Assembly (NCBI GenBank): GCA_015055655.1
Contig: SVHW01000001.1
Coordinates: forward strand, 15,465 to 79,464
Length of the DNA: 64,000 bases
From: Clostridiales bacterium
Lineage (GTDB): Bacteria; Bacillota; Clostridia; Christensenellales; Borkfalkiaceae
Reading direction: 5' to 3'
Part shown: one piece after another, positions 1 through 9,993 of the stretch
Layout: each line of letters starts with the position of its first letter
How positions within the stretch are numbered: position 1 is the first letter of the stretch
Program-made: the position numbers and the translations under genes
Notes under the pieces: generated by a model
The model's input: the letters and a program-made list of their open reading frames with translations, nothing else
Database searches by the model: none
What the model was told of the DNA's origin: nothing

Positions 1-1520
1 TGCCCAGCGCGCCCGTTGTTCAGCCTACGCCTCCTGCGCCTCCCAAACCTCGCGTAATTCGTCCTTACGTGAAGCCGAGGTTGGACGATTTTGATTGTCG
101 CGACGTCGAGCCAGTATTAAATCCCGAAGAAGTGGAAGAAACCAAACAAAATATTTTGGCGACGTTGGAAGATTTTAAAGTGTCAGGCGCAACGATTGCC
201 TCGACGACGTTTGGGCCTACGGTAACGCGCTATAACGTGACGATTCCCCGTAATATTCCGCCGCAAAAAGTGGTGGCGCTCGACCAACCTATCGCAATTA
301 GCTTGCGTTCAAGTGGGGTTAATATCTATCCCAATTACGAGGACGGCGTCGTAAGTATCGAAGTGCCGAATAAAGAACGTCAGTTCGTACAGCTTGGCTG
401 TATGCTCTCGGGCGATACTTTTGTAAACGCGAAGTCTTCGTCCATTATGTTTACGATGGGTAAAGACGCTGGCAATAGAAAGGTCTACGGCGACATTTCA
501 AAAATGATTCATATGCTTGTGGCAGGTTCGTCAGGCTCGGGTAAAAGCGTATTCTTGGGTTCGCTGATTATCAGTTTGATTTATAAGTATTCGCCTGAAG
601 AATTGCGTTTGATTTTGATTGACCCGAAAAAGACGGAATTTGTTTTATATAACAACTTGCCGCACTTGATGATAAACGAAATCATTACCGAAGCGCCGAA
701 AGCCGTTCAAAGCTTAAATTGGGCTATCGGGGAAATGAACCGCCGTTACGGGTTATTTGAAAAGATGAGCCGCGCCGGCACGTACGTCGTCAATCTCGAC
801 CAGTACAACACGCACGTGGAAAAGGCGGAACGTTTGCCGAAAATCGTTATTATTATTGACGAGCTTGCCGATTTGATGTTGGCGGCGAAAAAGGACATAG
901 AAGACAAAATTCAAAACTTAACGCAAAAAGCGCGTGCGGCAGGGATACATCTCGTCGTGGCAACACAACGTCCTTCTACGGACGTCATCACGGGTGTTAT
1001 TAAGAGTAACTTGCCTACGCGTATTGCGTTTGCTGTTGCAACGGACGTTGATTCACGCGTTATACTCGACCAAACGGGCGCGCAAAAATTGCTTGGCAAA
1101 GGCGACTTCCTTTATACGATGCAAGGTATCAATACGCCCGTACGTGTGCAAAGTGCGTTCATTTCCGCGGAAGATTCGCAACGTATCGTCAATTTTATCA
1201 AATCGAACAACGAAGCTTATTATGACGAAACGGCAACTGCGTATATCAATAACGCGCGCAGCGGTGGCGGCAACGGCGATTCGTTTGGCGACGGCGAAGA
1301 AGTGGAACCCGTGTATATCGACGCGCTTCGTTACGTAATATTGAGCAACAGCGCTTCTATTTCATTAATTCAAAGAAAATGTTCTATCGGCTATAATAAG
1401 GCTGGGAAAATTGTAGAGTGGATGGAAGAAATGGGATATATTTCCAGTTTTGAGGGCGCAAAAGCAAGAAAAGTGCTGATTACGAAGGAAGAATTCGAAA
1501 GTAAATACGGCTCTTTGTAA
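1..1520 (+). CDS. ftsK: DNA translocase FtsK/SpoIIIE, C-terminal part (5' end outside the window)
   Basis: The frame is open from the window edge, with a Pro-rich linker PSAPVVQPTPPAPPKP upstream of the track's GTG at 69. Walker A GSSGSGKS, Walker B IVIIIDELAD, and a C-terminal winged-helix gamma domain (SLIQRKCSIGYNKAGKIVEWME). Confidence 0.9.
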   Translation, partial: PSAPVVQPTPPAPPKPRVIRPYVKPRLDDFDCRDVEPVLNPEEVEETKQNILATLEDFKVSGATIASTTFGPTVTRYNVTIPRNIPPQKVVALDQPIAISLRSSGVNIYPNYEDGVVSIEVPNKERQFVQLGCMLSGDTFVNAKSSSIMFTMGKDAGNRKVYGDISKMIHMLVAGSSGSGKSVFLGSLIISLIYKYSPEELRLILIDPKKTEFVLYNNLPHLMINEIITEAPKAVQSLNWAIGEMNRRYGLFEKMSRAGTYVVNLDQYNTHVEKAERLPKIVIIIDELADLMLAAKKDIEDKIQNLTQKARAAGIHLVVATQRPSTDVITGVIKSNLPTRIAFAVATDVDSRVILDQTGAQKLLGKGDFLYTMQGINTPVRVQSAFISAEDSQRIVNFIKSNNEAYYDETATAYINNARSGGGNGDSFGDGEEVEPVYIDALRYVILSNSASISLIQRKCSIGYNKAGKIVEWMEEMGYISSFEGAKARKVLITKEEFESKYGSL

Positions 1521-1598
1521 AAAAAATAAAAAATTTTCAAAAACAGGCGTACGTATGTCATATTATCCATGATATATTGTATATCGAAGGTGCAAAAG

Positions 1599-2930
1599 AT
1601 GTTGACAGACAAGCTGTTCGGTGTGATATCGCTCGGTTGTGACAAAAACCGCGTAGATACGGAAAAGCTTTTAGGTTTATTAAAAGAAAAGGGTTGTAAA
1701 ACGACGGACGATTTATCAAAAGCGCAAATCGTCGTCGTTAACACCTGCGCCTTTTTACAGACGGCGAGAGAAGAAGCGATTGAAACGATTTTAGAGTGCG
1801 CCGATTATAAAAAGAAGAATTTAGAAAAAATAGTGGTGACGGGTTGTTTGCCGCAAAAATTTATCGACGAGTTATATTTGCCTTTAACGGAGGCAGACGT
1901 ATTTTTGGGCATCACCGATTATGAGAAAATTTTTGAAGCGCTTGAAAATTCTTATCAAAACGGTGCTAGACAAAATTACGTAGGGAAGGGCAAAGACGAG
2001 TATTCGCTATCAAGAGTGCTTACAACGGACGAGCACGTTGCTTATTTGAAAATTGCCGACGGATGCTATAATCATTGTACGTATTGTCTTATCCCGAAAA
2101 TTCGTGGCAAATACCGTTCCTATCCTATGGAAAAACTCTTGGAAGAAGCCCGCTTGTTGGGGGAGATTACCGAGTTGATTTTGGTGGCGCAAGATACGAC
2201 GCGCTACGGTGAAGATATTTACGGTGAAAATCGATTTGTGACGTTGATACAAGAACTTTCTAAATTGGATAACGTTGAAAAAATCCGTTTGCTGTATTGC
2301 TACCCCGACGTGATTGACGACGCGCTGATTGAGGAAATTGCCACCAATGACAAAGTGCTTAAATATATTGATATTCCCTTGCAACACTCGGAAAACCGCG
2401 TGTTAAAATTGATGAATCGCAAGGGAACGAGAGAAGGGTATTTGGCACTATTAAGCAAGCTTCGTGCGCGGATTCCCGAAATAGCGATTCGTTCCACGTT
2501 TATCAGCGGTTTCCCGACGGAAACGGAAGAAGAGTTCGAGGGGATGAAGGCGTTTATCAACGAGGCAAAATTCTTTAATTGCGGTTTTTTCGCGTATTCA
2601 AGAGAGCCTGACACGGGTGCGTATCGATTGCAACCGCAAGTGCACCATAACACGAAAAAGCGTCGTGTGCGCGCTTTATACGAAACGCAAAAAAATATTG
2701 CCGATGTGATTTTAAAAGAGTTTATCGGCAAAACGATTGAGGTCGTTTGCGACGGTATAGATTACGACAAAGGATGTTTTGTGGGGAGGGCGTATTTTAA
2801 CGCACCCGACATTGACGGAAAAGTATATTTTAACGCCACGACGGCAACCCAAGGCGAACGTTATCAAGTGGTGATAACTTCTGCGGAAAATTACGATTTA
2901 TATGGAAGAACGGAGGAGTATTCGTTATGA
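1599..2930 (+). CDS. rimO: Radical-SAM methylthiotransferase, RimO-like (ribosomal protein S12 methylthiotransferase)
   Basis: MTTase N-domain (VISLGCDKN), radical SAM CYNHCTYC, C-terminal TRAM-like domain. Lies in the ftsK-rimO-pgsA-cinA-recA order. ATG at 1599 preferred because AAGGTG precedes it. TGA stop overlaps the pgsA ATG. Confidence 0.8.
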   Translation: MLTDKLFGVISLGCDKNRVDTEKLLGLLKEKGCKTTDDLSKAQIVVVNTCAFLQTAREEAIETILECADYKKKNLEKIVVTGCLPQKFIDELYLPLTEADVFLGITDYEKIFEALENSYQNGARQNYVGKGKDEYSLSRVLTTDEHVAYLKIADGCYNHCTYCLIPKIRGKYRSYPMEKLLEEARLLGEITELILVAQDTTRYGEDIYGENRFVTLIQELSKLDNVEKIRLLYCYPDVIDDALIEEIATNDKVLKYIDIPLQHSENRVLKLMNRKGTREGYLALLSKLRARIPEIAIRSTFISGFPTETEEEFEGMKAFINEAKFFNCGFFAYSREPDTGAYRLQPQVHHNTKKRRVRALYETQKNIADVILKEFIGKTIEVVCDGIDYDKGCFVGRAYFNAPDIDGKVYFNATTATQGERYQVVITSAENYDLYGRTEEYSL

Positions 2931-3541
2931 ATTTGCCCAATAAAATTTCATTGACAAGAATTTGTTTAATTCCCGTTTTCATTGCGGTATTTTTTATCAC
3001 GGCAATACCTTTTCATTACGGGATTGCAGCAATTATATTTGCGGTAGCTGCGCTTACCGATTTCGTGGACGGAAAAATTGCGCGAAAATACGGGTTAGTT
3101 ACCAATTTAGGGAAATTTTTAGATTCGATTGCGGATAAAGTGCTGATTTCCATTGCAATGATGTTGCTTTTGACGTTAAAAGAAGATTTATTTGCGAAGA
3201 TGGGCGTATCGACGGACGCATTGTATATCGGGATGGTCGTTTGCGTATGTATCATTTTGGCAAGAGAATTGCTTATCAGCGCGTTTCGTCAAATTGCGGC
3301 AGCAAACGGCGTAATTATGGCTGCGGAAAAATTGGGGAAATATAAAACGGCTTGCCAAGATGTTGCAACTTTCGTGTTGATTCTTGCCGCGGATTTGTTC
3401 GTCTACGCCAATCAAACGGCAGGCGTTGTAGTAACTTGGATAGGCTTAGCGCTGTTTGTTGCGGCAACGGTATTGACGATTGTTTCCGGGATTTCTTACG
3501 TAGTAAAAAACAAACAAGTGTTGAAAGACAGCGATAAATAA
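2927..3541 (+). CDS. pgsA: CDP-diacylglycerol--glycerol-3-phosphate 3-phosphatidyltransferase
   Basis: CDP-alcohol phosphatidyltransferase motif DFVDGKIARKYGLVTNLGKFLDSIADK, multiple TM helices, conserved position upstream of cinA-recA. Confidence 0.9.
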   Translation: MNLPNKISLTRICLIPVFIAVFFITAIPFHYGIAAIIFAVAALTDFVDGKIARKYGLVTNLGKFLDSIADKVLISIAMMLLLTLKEDLFAKMGVSTDALYIGMVVCVCIILARELLISAFRQIAAANGVIMAAEKLGKYKTACQDVATFVLILAADLFVYANQTAGVVVTWIGLALFVAATVLTIVSGISYVVKNKQVLKDSDK

Positions 3542-3560
3542 AAGAGGGATTACAAAAGAT

Positions 3561-4667
3561 ATGAAAAGCGCTTGCATCGCGTGGAATATTGAAAATAACA
3601 GCAGCTTTGAAAAAAACATAAAATCAATTATCGAAGTTTTTCGCTTGGGCGGATATCTTTTTGATGAAATGCGTTTTTTATCCAAAGCTGACGAGAAGAA
3701 ATTAATAGCGTCGCTGGACAATTTACAATTGACGTACGATAACGTTGTGGTTGTAACCGACGCGCAATACTTGTTGTATGTTAAAAACGCGTTATCGTCG
3801 GTGCTTGGCGAAGAAAATTTCCACGGCACGGTAAACGGCGCAGGGATATTTACGCAAAAGGAGAAATCCGTTTTGTTGCTTTGCGCAAACGACAGCGACG
3901 TTGGGATTGGATACGTAAAGAGTACTTGTCTTCCGTATTTAGAAAGAAAATACGGCGCAAAATTAGATAGGACGGTTATCCGTGCGGTGGGTGCAAACGA
4001 ACAGCATGTAAAAAATTTGCTGTTAAAAGCAAAGAGTATTGACGGCGGTAATATGCGCTATTATTACACGCGAAGTTACGACGAAGACGTGATAGAAATT
4101 TTATACGACGAAAACGTTTCCAAACGGGTAGCTGACGACGTGTTACGCATATTTGCGGAGGGGTTGGATGACAGCGTGTACGCGTTAGACGGGACGACGC
4201 TTGCAGAACAACTCGTGCAATTGTTAAAACTTCGTATGAGAAAAGTTAGCGTGGCAGAATCGTTTACGGGTGGGGGCATCGCAAAAAAAATCGTATCCGT
4301 CCCTGGCGCAAGCGAAGTGTATTTTGAAGGGTTGAATACGTATAACGAACTCTCGAAAATAAAGAGATTGGGCGTAAACGAGTACACGTTGCAAACGTTT
4401 GGCGCTGTATCCGACCAAACGGCGTATGAAATGGCAGCAGGATTGATAGCGACGGGAAATTGCGATATTTCCATAGCAACGACGGGGCTTGCGGGGCCTA
4501 CTTCGGATAGAACGATGTTGCCCGTAGGGCTTTGCTATGTGGCAATCGGCACGAAGGAAAAGGTATACGTCTATCGTTACAAATTTGACGGAACAAGGGA
4601 CGAAATTACGGAAAAAGCAATCAATTACGCGCTGTTTTTGGCGTATAAACAATTGAAAAATATATAA
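3561..4667 (+). CDS. cinA: CinA-family protein with a C-terminal PncC-like nicotinamide-nucleotide amidase domain and a divergent N-terminal domain
   Basis: C-terminal ~160 aa match the CinA/PncC pattern (VAESFTGGGIAKKI, IATTGLAGP). Sits directly upstream of recA. The N-terminal half lacks the usual MoCF GGLGPTxDD motif. Confidence 0.7.
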   Translation: MKSACIAWNIENNSSFEKNIKSIIEVFRLGGYLFDEMRFLSKADEKKLIASLDNLQLTYDNVVVVTDAQYLLYVKNALSSVLGEENFHGTVNGAGIFTQKEKSVLLLCANDSDVGIGYVKSTCLPYLERKYGAKLDRTVIRAVGANEQHVKNLLLKAKSIDGGNMRYYYTRSYDEDVIEILYDENVSKRVADDVLRIFAEGLDDSVYALDGTTLAEQLVQLLKLRMRKVSVAESFTGGGIAKKIVSVPGASEVYFEGLNTYNELSKIKRLGVNEYTLQTFGAVSDQTAYEMAAGLIATGNCDISIATTGLAGPTSDRTMLPVGLCYVAIGTKEKVYVYRYKFDGTRDEITEKAINYALFLAYKQLKNI

Positions 4668-4705
4668 AATATTGATGTACGGAAATAAAAAATAGGAGAT
4701 ATAAA

Positions 4706-5740
4706 ATGGCAAACGAAAAAAATACGGAAAAAATGAAAGCGTTAGACGCGGTGCTTTTGCAAATTGAAAAACAATACGGGAAAGGCTCTATTATGCGTTT
4801 GGGCGATGAGGCAGGGAAAACGGAAATAGACGTAATTCCTTCCGGATGTCTTACGCTTGATTTGGCGCTGGGTATTGGCGGTTTCCCCCGTGGGAGAATT
4901 ATTGAAATCTACGGTCCGGAATCTTCTGGTAAAACGACGGTTGCGTTACACGCCATCGCGGAGGCACAAAAAATGGGCGGCGTTGCGGCGTTTATTGATG
5001 CGGAGCACGCGCTCGACCCCGTTTATGCTAAAAAATTAGGGGTAAATTTAGAGGATTTATACGTTTCTCAGCCCGACACGGGAGAACAAGCGTTAGATAT
5101 TACGGACGCGCTGGTGAGAAGCTCCGCTGTGGATATTATCGTTATCGACTCGGTTGCGGCATTGACACCTAAGGCGGAAATCGAAGGGGATATGGGCGAT
5201 ACGCACGTAGGTTTGCAAGCGAGATTGATGTCGCAAGCGTTGCGTAAACTGACGGCAATCGTCAATAAATCCAAAACGTGCGTCATCTTTATCAACCAAC
5301 TTCGTGAAAAGGTTGGGATTATGTTTGGCAACCCTGAAACGACGCCGGGCGGCAAAGCGCTTAAATTTTACGCAAGTATGCGTTTAGATATTCGCAGAAC
5401 GGATACCTTGAAAGACGCAGACGGCGCAATGGGCAACAGAACGAAGGCGAAAGTTGTTAAAAATAAACTTGCGCCCCCGTTCCGTCAAGCAGAATTTGAT
5501 ATCGTCTTTGGTGAAGGGATTTCGCAAGAAGGCTGTATTATGGATATGGGCGTGCAATTCGATATCATCGGCAAGAGTGGTTCTTTCTTTAGTTATAACG
5601 GCAATAAAGTGGCGCAAGGCAAAGAAAAGATGCGCTTGTATTTGAAAGAGAACCCGGACGTTATGGCGGAAATCGAACAAAAAATCCGTGAGGCGGCGAA
5701 AGGGAACAAAAACGTGGCGGAAGATGCAGTAGAAGAATAA
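4706..5740 (+). CDS. recA: Recombinase RecA
   Basis: Textbook RecA sequence: [12 protein letters not shown], Walker [38 protein letters not shown]. Confidence 0.98.
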   Translation: MANEKNTEKMKALDAVLLQIEKQYGKGSIMRLGDEAGKTEIDVIPSGCLTLDLALGIGGFPRGRIIEIYGPESSGKTTVALHAIAEAQKMGGVAAFIDAEHALDPVYAKKLGVNLEDLYVSQPDTGEQALDITDALVRSSAVDIIVIDSVAALTPKAEIEGDMGDTHVGLQARLMSQALRKLTAIVNKSKTCVIFINQLREKVGIMFGNPETTPGGKALKFYASMRLDIRRTDTLKDADGAMGNRTKAKVVKNKLAPPFRQAEFDIVFGEGISQEGCIMDMGVQFDIIGKSGSFFSYNGNKVAQGKEKMRLYLKENPDVMAEIEQKIREAAKGNKNVAEDAVEE

Positions 5741-5752
5741 TTGATTGTAAAA

Positions 5753-5785
5753 ATGCAAGAGGCAGGTATGCGTCTTGCATTTTTA
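5753..5785 (+). terminator. Intrinsic terminator after recA
   Basis: Stem ATGCAAGA/TCTTGCAT with a 12-nt loop, followed by a T-run. Confidence 0.7.
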
Positions 5786-5831
5786 ATTTGAAAATATTTC
5801 CCTTACGCAAAAAGTATTTTAGCTCAAACAA

Positions 5832-5860
5832 TTGACATTTTCACGTAAATATTGTAAAAT
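5832..5860 (+). promoter_or_regulatory. Candidate sigma-A promoter for rny
   Basis: TTGACA, 17-nt spacer, TAAAAT. Confidence 0.45.
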
Positions 5861-5995
5861 AGAAAGTGATAGAAAGAAAATATGTTTCAAGTGGTAAAAA
5901 ACTTGTGAAAATACTCGATTTATCAAAATAATTTTAATACAGGAGGCACAAAAATGCACAACGTTAATTTGAGTTTCCTGTTTCTAATTACAACG

Positions 5996-7570
5996 ATGCC
6001 TATGTGGTTGGGGATTGTTCTCCCCGTCGCGGCAATCGTCATCGGCGCGTTTTTAACGTTGTTCATATACCGCAAAGCTACGGCGAAGAAAGTGGGCTCT
6101 GCAAAAGAACAACAACGCAAAATCGTTGAAGAGGCGATAGCGGAAGCGGAGAAGATTAAAGCGCAAGGCAAAGAAGAAAGCAAACGCGCATTAAAAGAAG
6201 CGTTGCTTGAGGCCAAGGAACAGGATTTAAAATTAAGAAACGAGTTCGAACGCGACACGAAAGAAAAGAAAGCGGAAATCCAACGTATGGAACAACGCTT
6301 AACGCAAAAGGAAGACGCTTTGGATAAGAAGACGGAAGCGCTCGAACAACAAAAGGAAAATCTCTTTAAAAAAGAAGAGGAAGTTCGCGAATTACAGGAA
6401 AAATTGGATTCCCAGCACGAGCTTATGATTCAAGAGCTTGAAAAGGTATCCCAACTCACCCGTGACGAAGCGAAGAAGTTGCTTATCGACGAAATACTCG
6501 ATACGGCGCGCCACGACGTCGCTATGCAAGTTCGAAATATGGAGCAGCAAGCGAAAGACGAGGCGGATATCAACGCGAAGAAAATCGTTGCGCTTGCAAT
6601 TCAAAAATGCGCGGCAGACCAAGCTTCGGAAATCACCGTTTCCGTCGTTCCGCTTCCCAGCGACGATATGAAGGCGCGTATTATCGGTAGAGAAGGTAGA
6701 AATATCCGTGCGTTGGAAAATGCAACGGGCATTGAAATCATTATCGACGATACTCCCGAGGTGGTTATCCTTTCTGGGTTTGACCCCGTTAGACGTGAAA
6801 TTGCGCGTTTGTCGCTTGAAAAATTGATAAACGACGGCAGAATTCACCCTGCGAGAATTGAAGAAACGGTAGAGAAAGTTTCTCGTGAAATGGACCAACA
6901 AATCAAAGAAGCAGGCGAAGCCGCGGTGTTTGAAGCGGGTATCTTTGGTTTGCATCCAGAACTTATTAAACTTATCGGTAGATTGAAGTTTAGGACGAGT
7001 TACGGTCAAAACGTGTACAAACACTCGATTGAGGTGGCGACGCTTGCTGGGCAAATGGCAGCGGAACTTGGCTTAGACGTTAACTTTGCCAAGAGAGCCG
7101 GTTTGTTGCACGATATCGGTAAAGCGGTAGACCAAGAACAAGAAGGTACGCATATTCAAATCGGTGCCGACCTTGCGAAGAAGTATAAAGAAAACGCAAA
7201 CATCGTCAACGCGATTATGGCGCACCACGGCGACGTAGAACCCAAGACGATAGAGGCGGTGCTTATCCAAGCGGCTGACGCTATTTCTGGCGCGCGTCCT
7301 GGCGCAAGAAGAGAAACCGGCACGAATTACGTAAAACGTTTGGAAAGATTAGAAGCGATTGCTTCCGATTTCAAGGGTGTTGAAAAGAGCTACGCAATTC
7401 AAGCAGGTAGAGAAGTACGCGTTATCGTGAAACCCGATCAGGTTGACGACGCGCAAGCGCTCTTCCTTGCGAAAGATATAGCGAAGAAGATTGAAACGGA
7501 ACTTGAATATCCCGGTCAAATCAAAGTAAACGTTATCCGTGAATTCCGCGGCGTTGAATACGCAAAATAA
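5996..7570 (+). CDS. rny: Ribonuclease Y
   Basis: N-terminal TM helix, long coiled coil, KH domain ([13 protein letters not shown]), HD domain (HSIEVA...LLHDIGKA). Start is uncertain: ATG 5954 or 5996. 5996 gives a typical N-terminus directly at the TM helix. Confidence 0.9.
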   Translation: MPMWLGIVLPVAAIVIGAFLTLFIYRKATAKKVGSAKEQQRKIVEEAIAEAEKIKAQGKEESKRALKEALLEAKEQDLKLRNEFERDTKEKKAEIQRMEQRLTQKEDALDKKTEALEQQKENLFKKEEEVRELQEKLDSQHELMIQELEKVSQLTRDEAKKLLIDEILDTARHDVAMQVRNMEQQAKDEADINAKKIVALAIQKCAADQASEITVSVVPLPSDDMKARIIGREGRNIRALENATGIEIIIDDTPEVVILSGFDPVRREIARLSLEKLINDGRIHPARIEETVEKVSREMDQQIKEAGEAAVFEAGIFGLHPELIKLIGRLKFRTSYGQNVYKHSIEVATLAGQMAAELGLDVNFAKRAGLLHDIGKAVDQEQEGTHIQIGADLAKKYKENANIVNAIMAHHGDVEPKTIEAVLIQAADAISGARPGARRETGTNYVKRLERLEAIASDFKGVEKSYAIQAGREVRVIVKPDQVDDAQALFLAKDIAKKIETELEYPGQIKVNVIREFRGVEYAK

Positions 7571-7587
7571 ACAGTAATGCTATGTAT

Positions 7588-7617
7588 TTCCCCAAAAGCG
7601 ATACGCTTTTGGGGGAA
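7588..7617. terminator. Bidirectional terminator between convergent rny and the PBP gene
   Basis: TTCCCCAAAAGCG-ATA-CGCTTTTGGGGGAA hairpin with A/T runs on both sides. Confidence 0.7.
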
Positions 7618-7619
7618 TT

Positions 7620-9863
7620 TTAATTTATCCACCAATGATTATCCAGAATTTTTTTATCCGTTTGTGTGGTGCTTATTGCGGGCAGTATGACGCTCGTTCC
7701 CGTATGATTTTTATATTTTGGCGTAACGGTGTAAACGTAACGTTTATTTTTTTCTACGCTGTCGTCCGTATAGGCGTCTAAGCGTTTACCAACGTACACG
7801 ACGCGCTTTTTTTGCCCGTCGTCACGTTCAATAACGTATTCGTAAAAATCTGGGGATAGTTCGTCAAACGTGATTTGTACGTTGTCGTTTTTAAAACGGA
7901 TAGTCGGCATTGTAATACTTGGAGAAGAAAAGTGATTGGCAATAAACGTCGGGACGTTCGTTTTGCGGAAAATCTCGTTAAACTTATATCCGGCGGGAGC
8001 AATTTCATCCGCTATTGCTAAAGTATGCTCGTTTTGATATAGTATTTTATCAATGCTGACGTTTACCACGCCTTCGGGCGGGGAAAATGCGGGGATAGTT
8101 TGGTTTTTATTTTGATACCTTTCGTGTAAGGCTTGATTGATTTGATAAAGGTATTGGCAGGGTAATCCTCCGCCCGTATAGGAAACGATGGAATTATCCG
8201 CGTTGCCAAGCCAAACCCCAACAATGTCGTTCGTTGTATAAGAAAGCGCATAAGCGTCCGTGTTTCCGTTTGCAGAGCCCACCGTGCCGGTTTTTGCGGC
8301 GATATCAAAAGGCAAGGGACGCAATTTTTTTGCCGTTCCGTTGGTGGCGGCGCTTTGCAACATATTCGTGGTTAGATAAGACGTTTCTTTTGAAAACACG
8401 CGCGTTTTGCATTGTGGTTTTTGATAAACGCTATGCCCGTCGATTTTGATTTCTTTAATAAATCCGCAGGGGACGTATTCGCCTTCGTTTGGAAATACGG
8501 AATATGCGTCCACCAACGCTCGCAAGGAAAAGCCGTTTTTTAATCCACCAAGCGCTAACGCTAACGAATAATCTTCTTTTGGCACGGGAAGACGTAATTT
8601 TTCTAAATAAGATACGGCGCGTTGTACACCAACGCTTTCTAAAATTTTTACGGCAGGCACGTTGAAGCTTTTTGATAGAGCTTCTCTCGCGCTGACGTAT
8701 CCGTGAAACTGCTTATCGAAATTTTCAGGGGCGTATCCGCCGTAATCAATTTTTTCGTCCAATATTGGCGTGGCAGGGGAAAGAATATTTTCTTCCACGG
8801 CTGGGGCGTATACAAGCAGCGGTTTTAATAAAGAGCCGGGCGAACGCCGAATTTCTCCTACGGAAGATACGCAAGCTTTAAACCCGCGCGAGTTGGCGTC
8901 AAGTACGCAAACGTTTATATCCGATTGCGTATGCGTTTTTGCGAGATTCGATAATATATTTTGCGTTTCGCTATCAAGATAGGTAAAAATTTCAATATTG
9001 CCACCGACGATAAACCCGTTTGCGGCGGAGATTGTCGTCAATTCCTCAAAGACGTGTTTAGCGTATCCGTTGGCGGCTTGGTCGTATTGTGGAGAAGTGG
9101 GTAGAGGCTCGTTTAAGGCGTTGCGGTATGTTTCTTCGTCAATACTGCCGTTTCTAAGCATTGCTCTTAATACGCTTTGTTTACGGTGCGCGCAATTTGC
9201 TGCGTTTTTGAACGGAGAATAATTGTTGGGGGATTTTACCAAGCCTGCAAGGATGGCTGATTGGCCTACCGTTAATTTTTCAGGGATATTTCCAAAATAA
9301 AAGGCCGCGGCAGAGCGTATCCCAAAACAGTTGTGCCCAAAATAAATGACGTTTAGATATTTTTCTAAAATTTCTTCCTTGGTATATATCTTTTCCAATT
9401 TTCTCGTCAATTTCCACTCGATTAGTTTTCGTTTCAGCGTTTTTTCTAGGCTTAAATGGGTATTTTTAATCAGTTGTTGAGAAATGGTGGACGCGCCTTG
9501 CTTGAACGAACGTGAGCGCGCGTTATTATACGCTGATTTTGCGATTCTGCAAAAATCAAAACCGCGATGTGAAAAAAAACGTTTATCTTCCGTATCGATA
9601 AAGGCGCGTATCGTATGTTTCGGTAAATCGTTGTAAAAAACCGTTTGTTTGGTAAGGCCTGACGCGGCGGTGATAATGCGTTCGTTTTCGTTGTCGTAAA
9701 TGGATACGTTGCTTGCTTGTAAGGTAAGCTTTTCTGCGCTTAACTGCGCGTGATTAGTTACGGCAAAATAATACCCTAAACCTATGAGGAAAAGGGCGAA
9801 GACAATCAATAAAAACCACTTTAATATACCTTTCAAAATTCTCATTGATAACAGTATTCGCAT
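7620..9863 (-). CDS. Class A penicillin-binding protein (glycosyltransferase plus transpeptidase)
   Basis: GT51 motifs (DTEDKRFFSHRGFD, GASTISQQL), transpeptidase motifs S-L-L-K and KTGT, N-terminal TM anchor, extra beta-rich C-terminal domain. Start uncertain; the track's 9926 start is a TTG. Confidence 0.85.
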   Translation of the reverse strand: MRILLSMRILKGILKWFLLIVFALFLIGLGYYFAVTNHAQLSAEKLTLQASNVSIYDNENERIITAASGLTKQTVFYNDLPKHTIRAFIDTEDKRFFSHRGFDFCRIAKSAYNNARSRSFKQGASTISQQLIKNTHLSLEKTLKRKLIEWKLTRKLEKIYTKEEILEKYLNVIYFGHNCFGIRSAAAFYFGNIPEKLTVGQSAILAGLVKSPNNYSPFKNAANCAHRKQSVLRAMLRNGSIDEETYRNALNEPLPTSPQYDQAANGYAKHVFEELTTISAANGFIVGGNIEIFTYLDSETQNILSNLAKTHTQSDINVCVLDANSRGFKACVSSVGEIRRSPGSLLKPLLVYAPAVEENILSPATPILDEKIDYGGYAPENFDKQFHGYVSAREALSKSFNVPAVKILESVGVQRAVSYLEKLRLPVPKEDYSLALALGGLKNGFSLRALVDAYSVFPNEGEYVPCGFIKEIKIDGHSVYQKPQCKTRVFSKETSYLTTNMLQSAATNGTAKKLRPLPFDIAAKTGTVGSANGNTDAYALSYTTNDIVGVWLGNADNSIVSYTGGGLPCQYLYQINQALHERYQNKNQTIPAFSPPEGVVNVSIDKILYQNEHTLAIADEIAPAGYKFNEIFRKTNVPTFIANHFSSPSITMPTIRFKNDNVQITFDELSPDFYEYVIERDDGQKKRVVYVGKRLDAYTDDSVEKNKRYVYTVTPKYKNHTGTSVILPAISTTQTDKKILDNHWWIN

Positions 9864-9993
9864 TTTCTTTCTTTTTATCGGTGAAAGTAAAAGAAATCTA
9901 TTAGATTTCTTTAGAATTTCGCGCAAATACTTGCTAAAATAGCGAAAAAAGAGTATAATAAAGTAAATAATTATACTCGGGTATTATAAGGTT

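Noticed and set aside
6392-7054. Long antisense ORFs in the track: 6392-7054, 24243-24893, 38769-39374, 40500-41069, 58418-58981, 61641-62270, and others of 130-220 aa.
   Set aside because: Each lies fully inside, and opposite to, a gene with unmistakable conserved motifs (rny, argS, nrdD, spoIIIAE, folD). Their translations are low-complexity or Arg/Phe-rich with no recognisable motifs. These are typical shadow ORFs.
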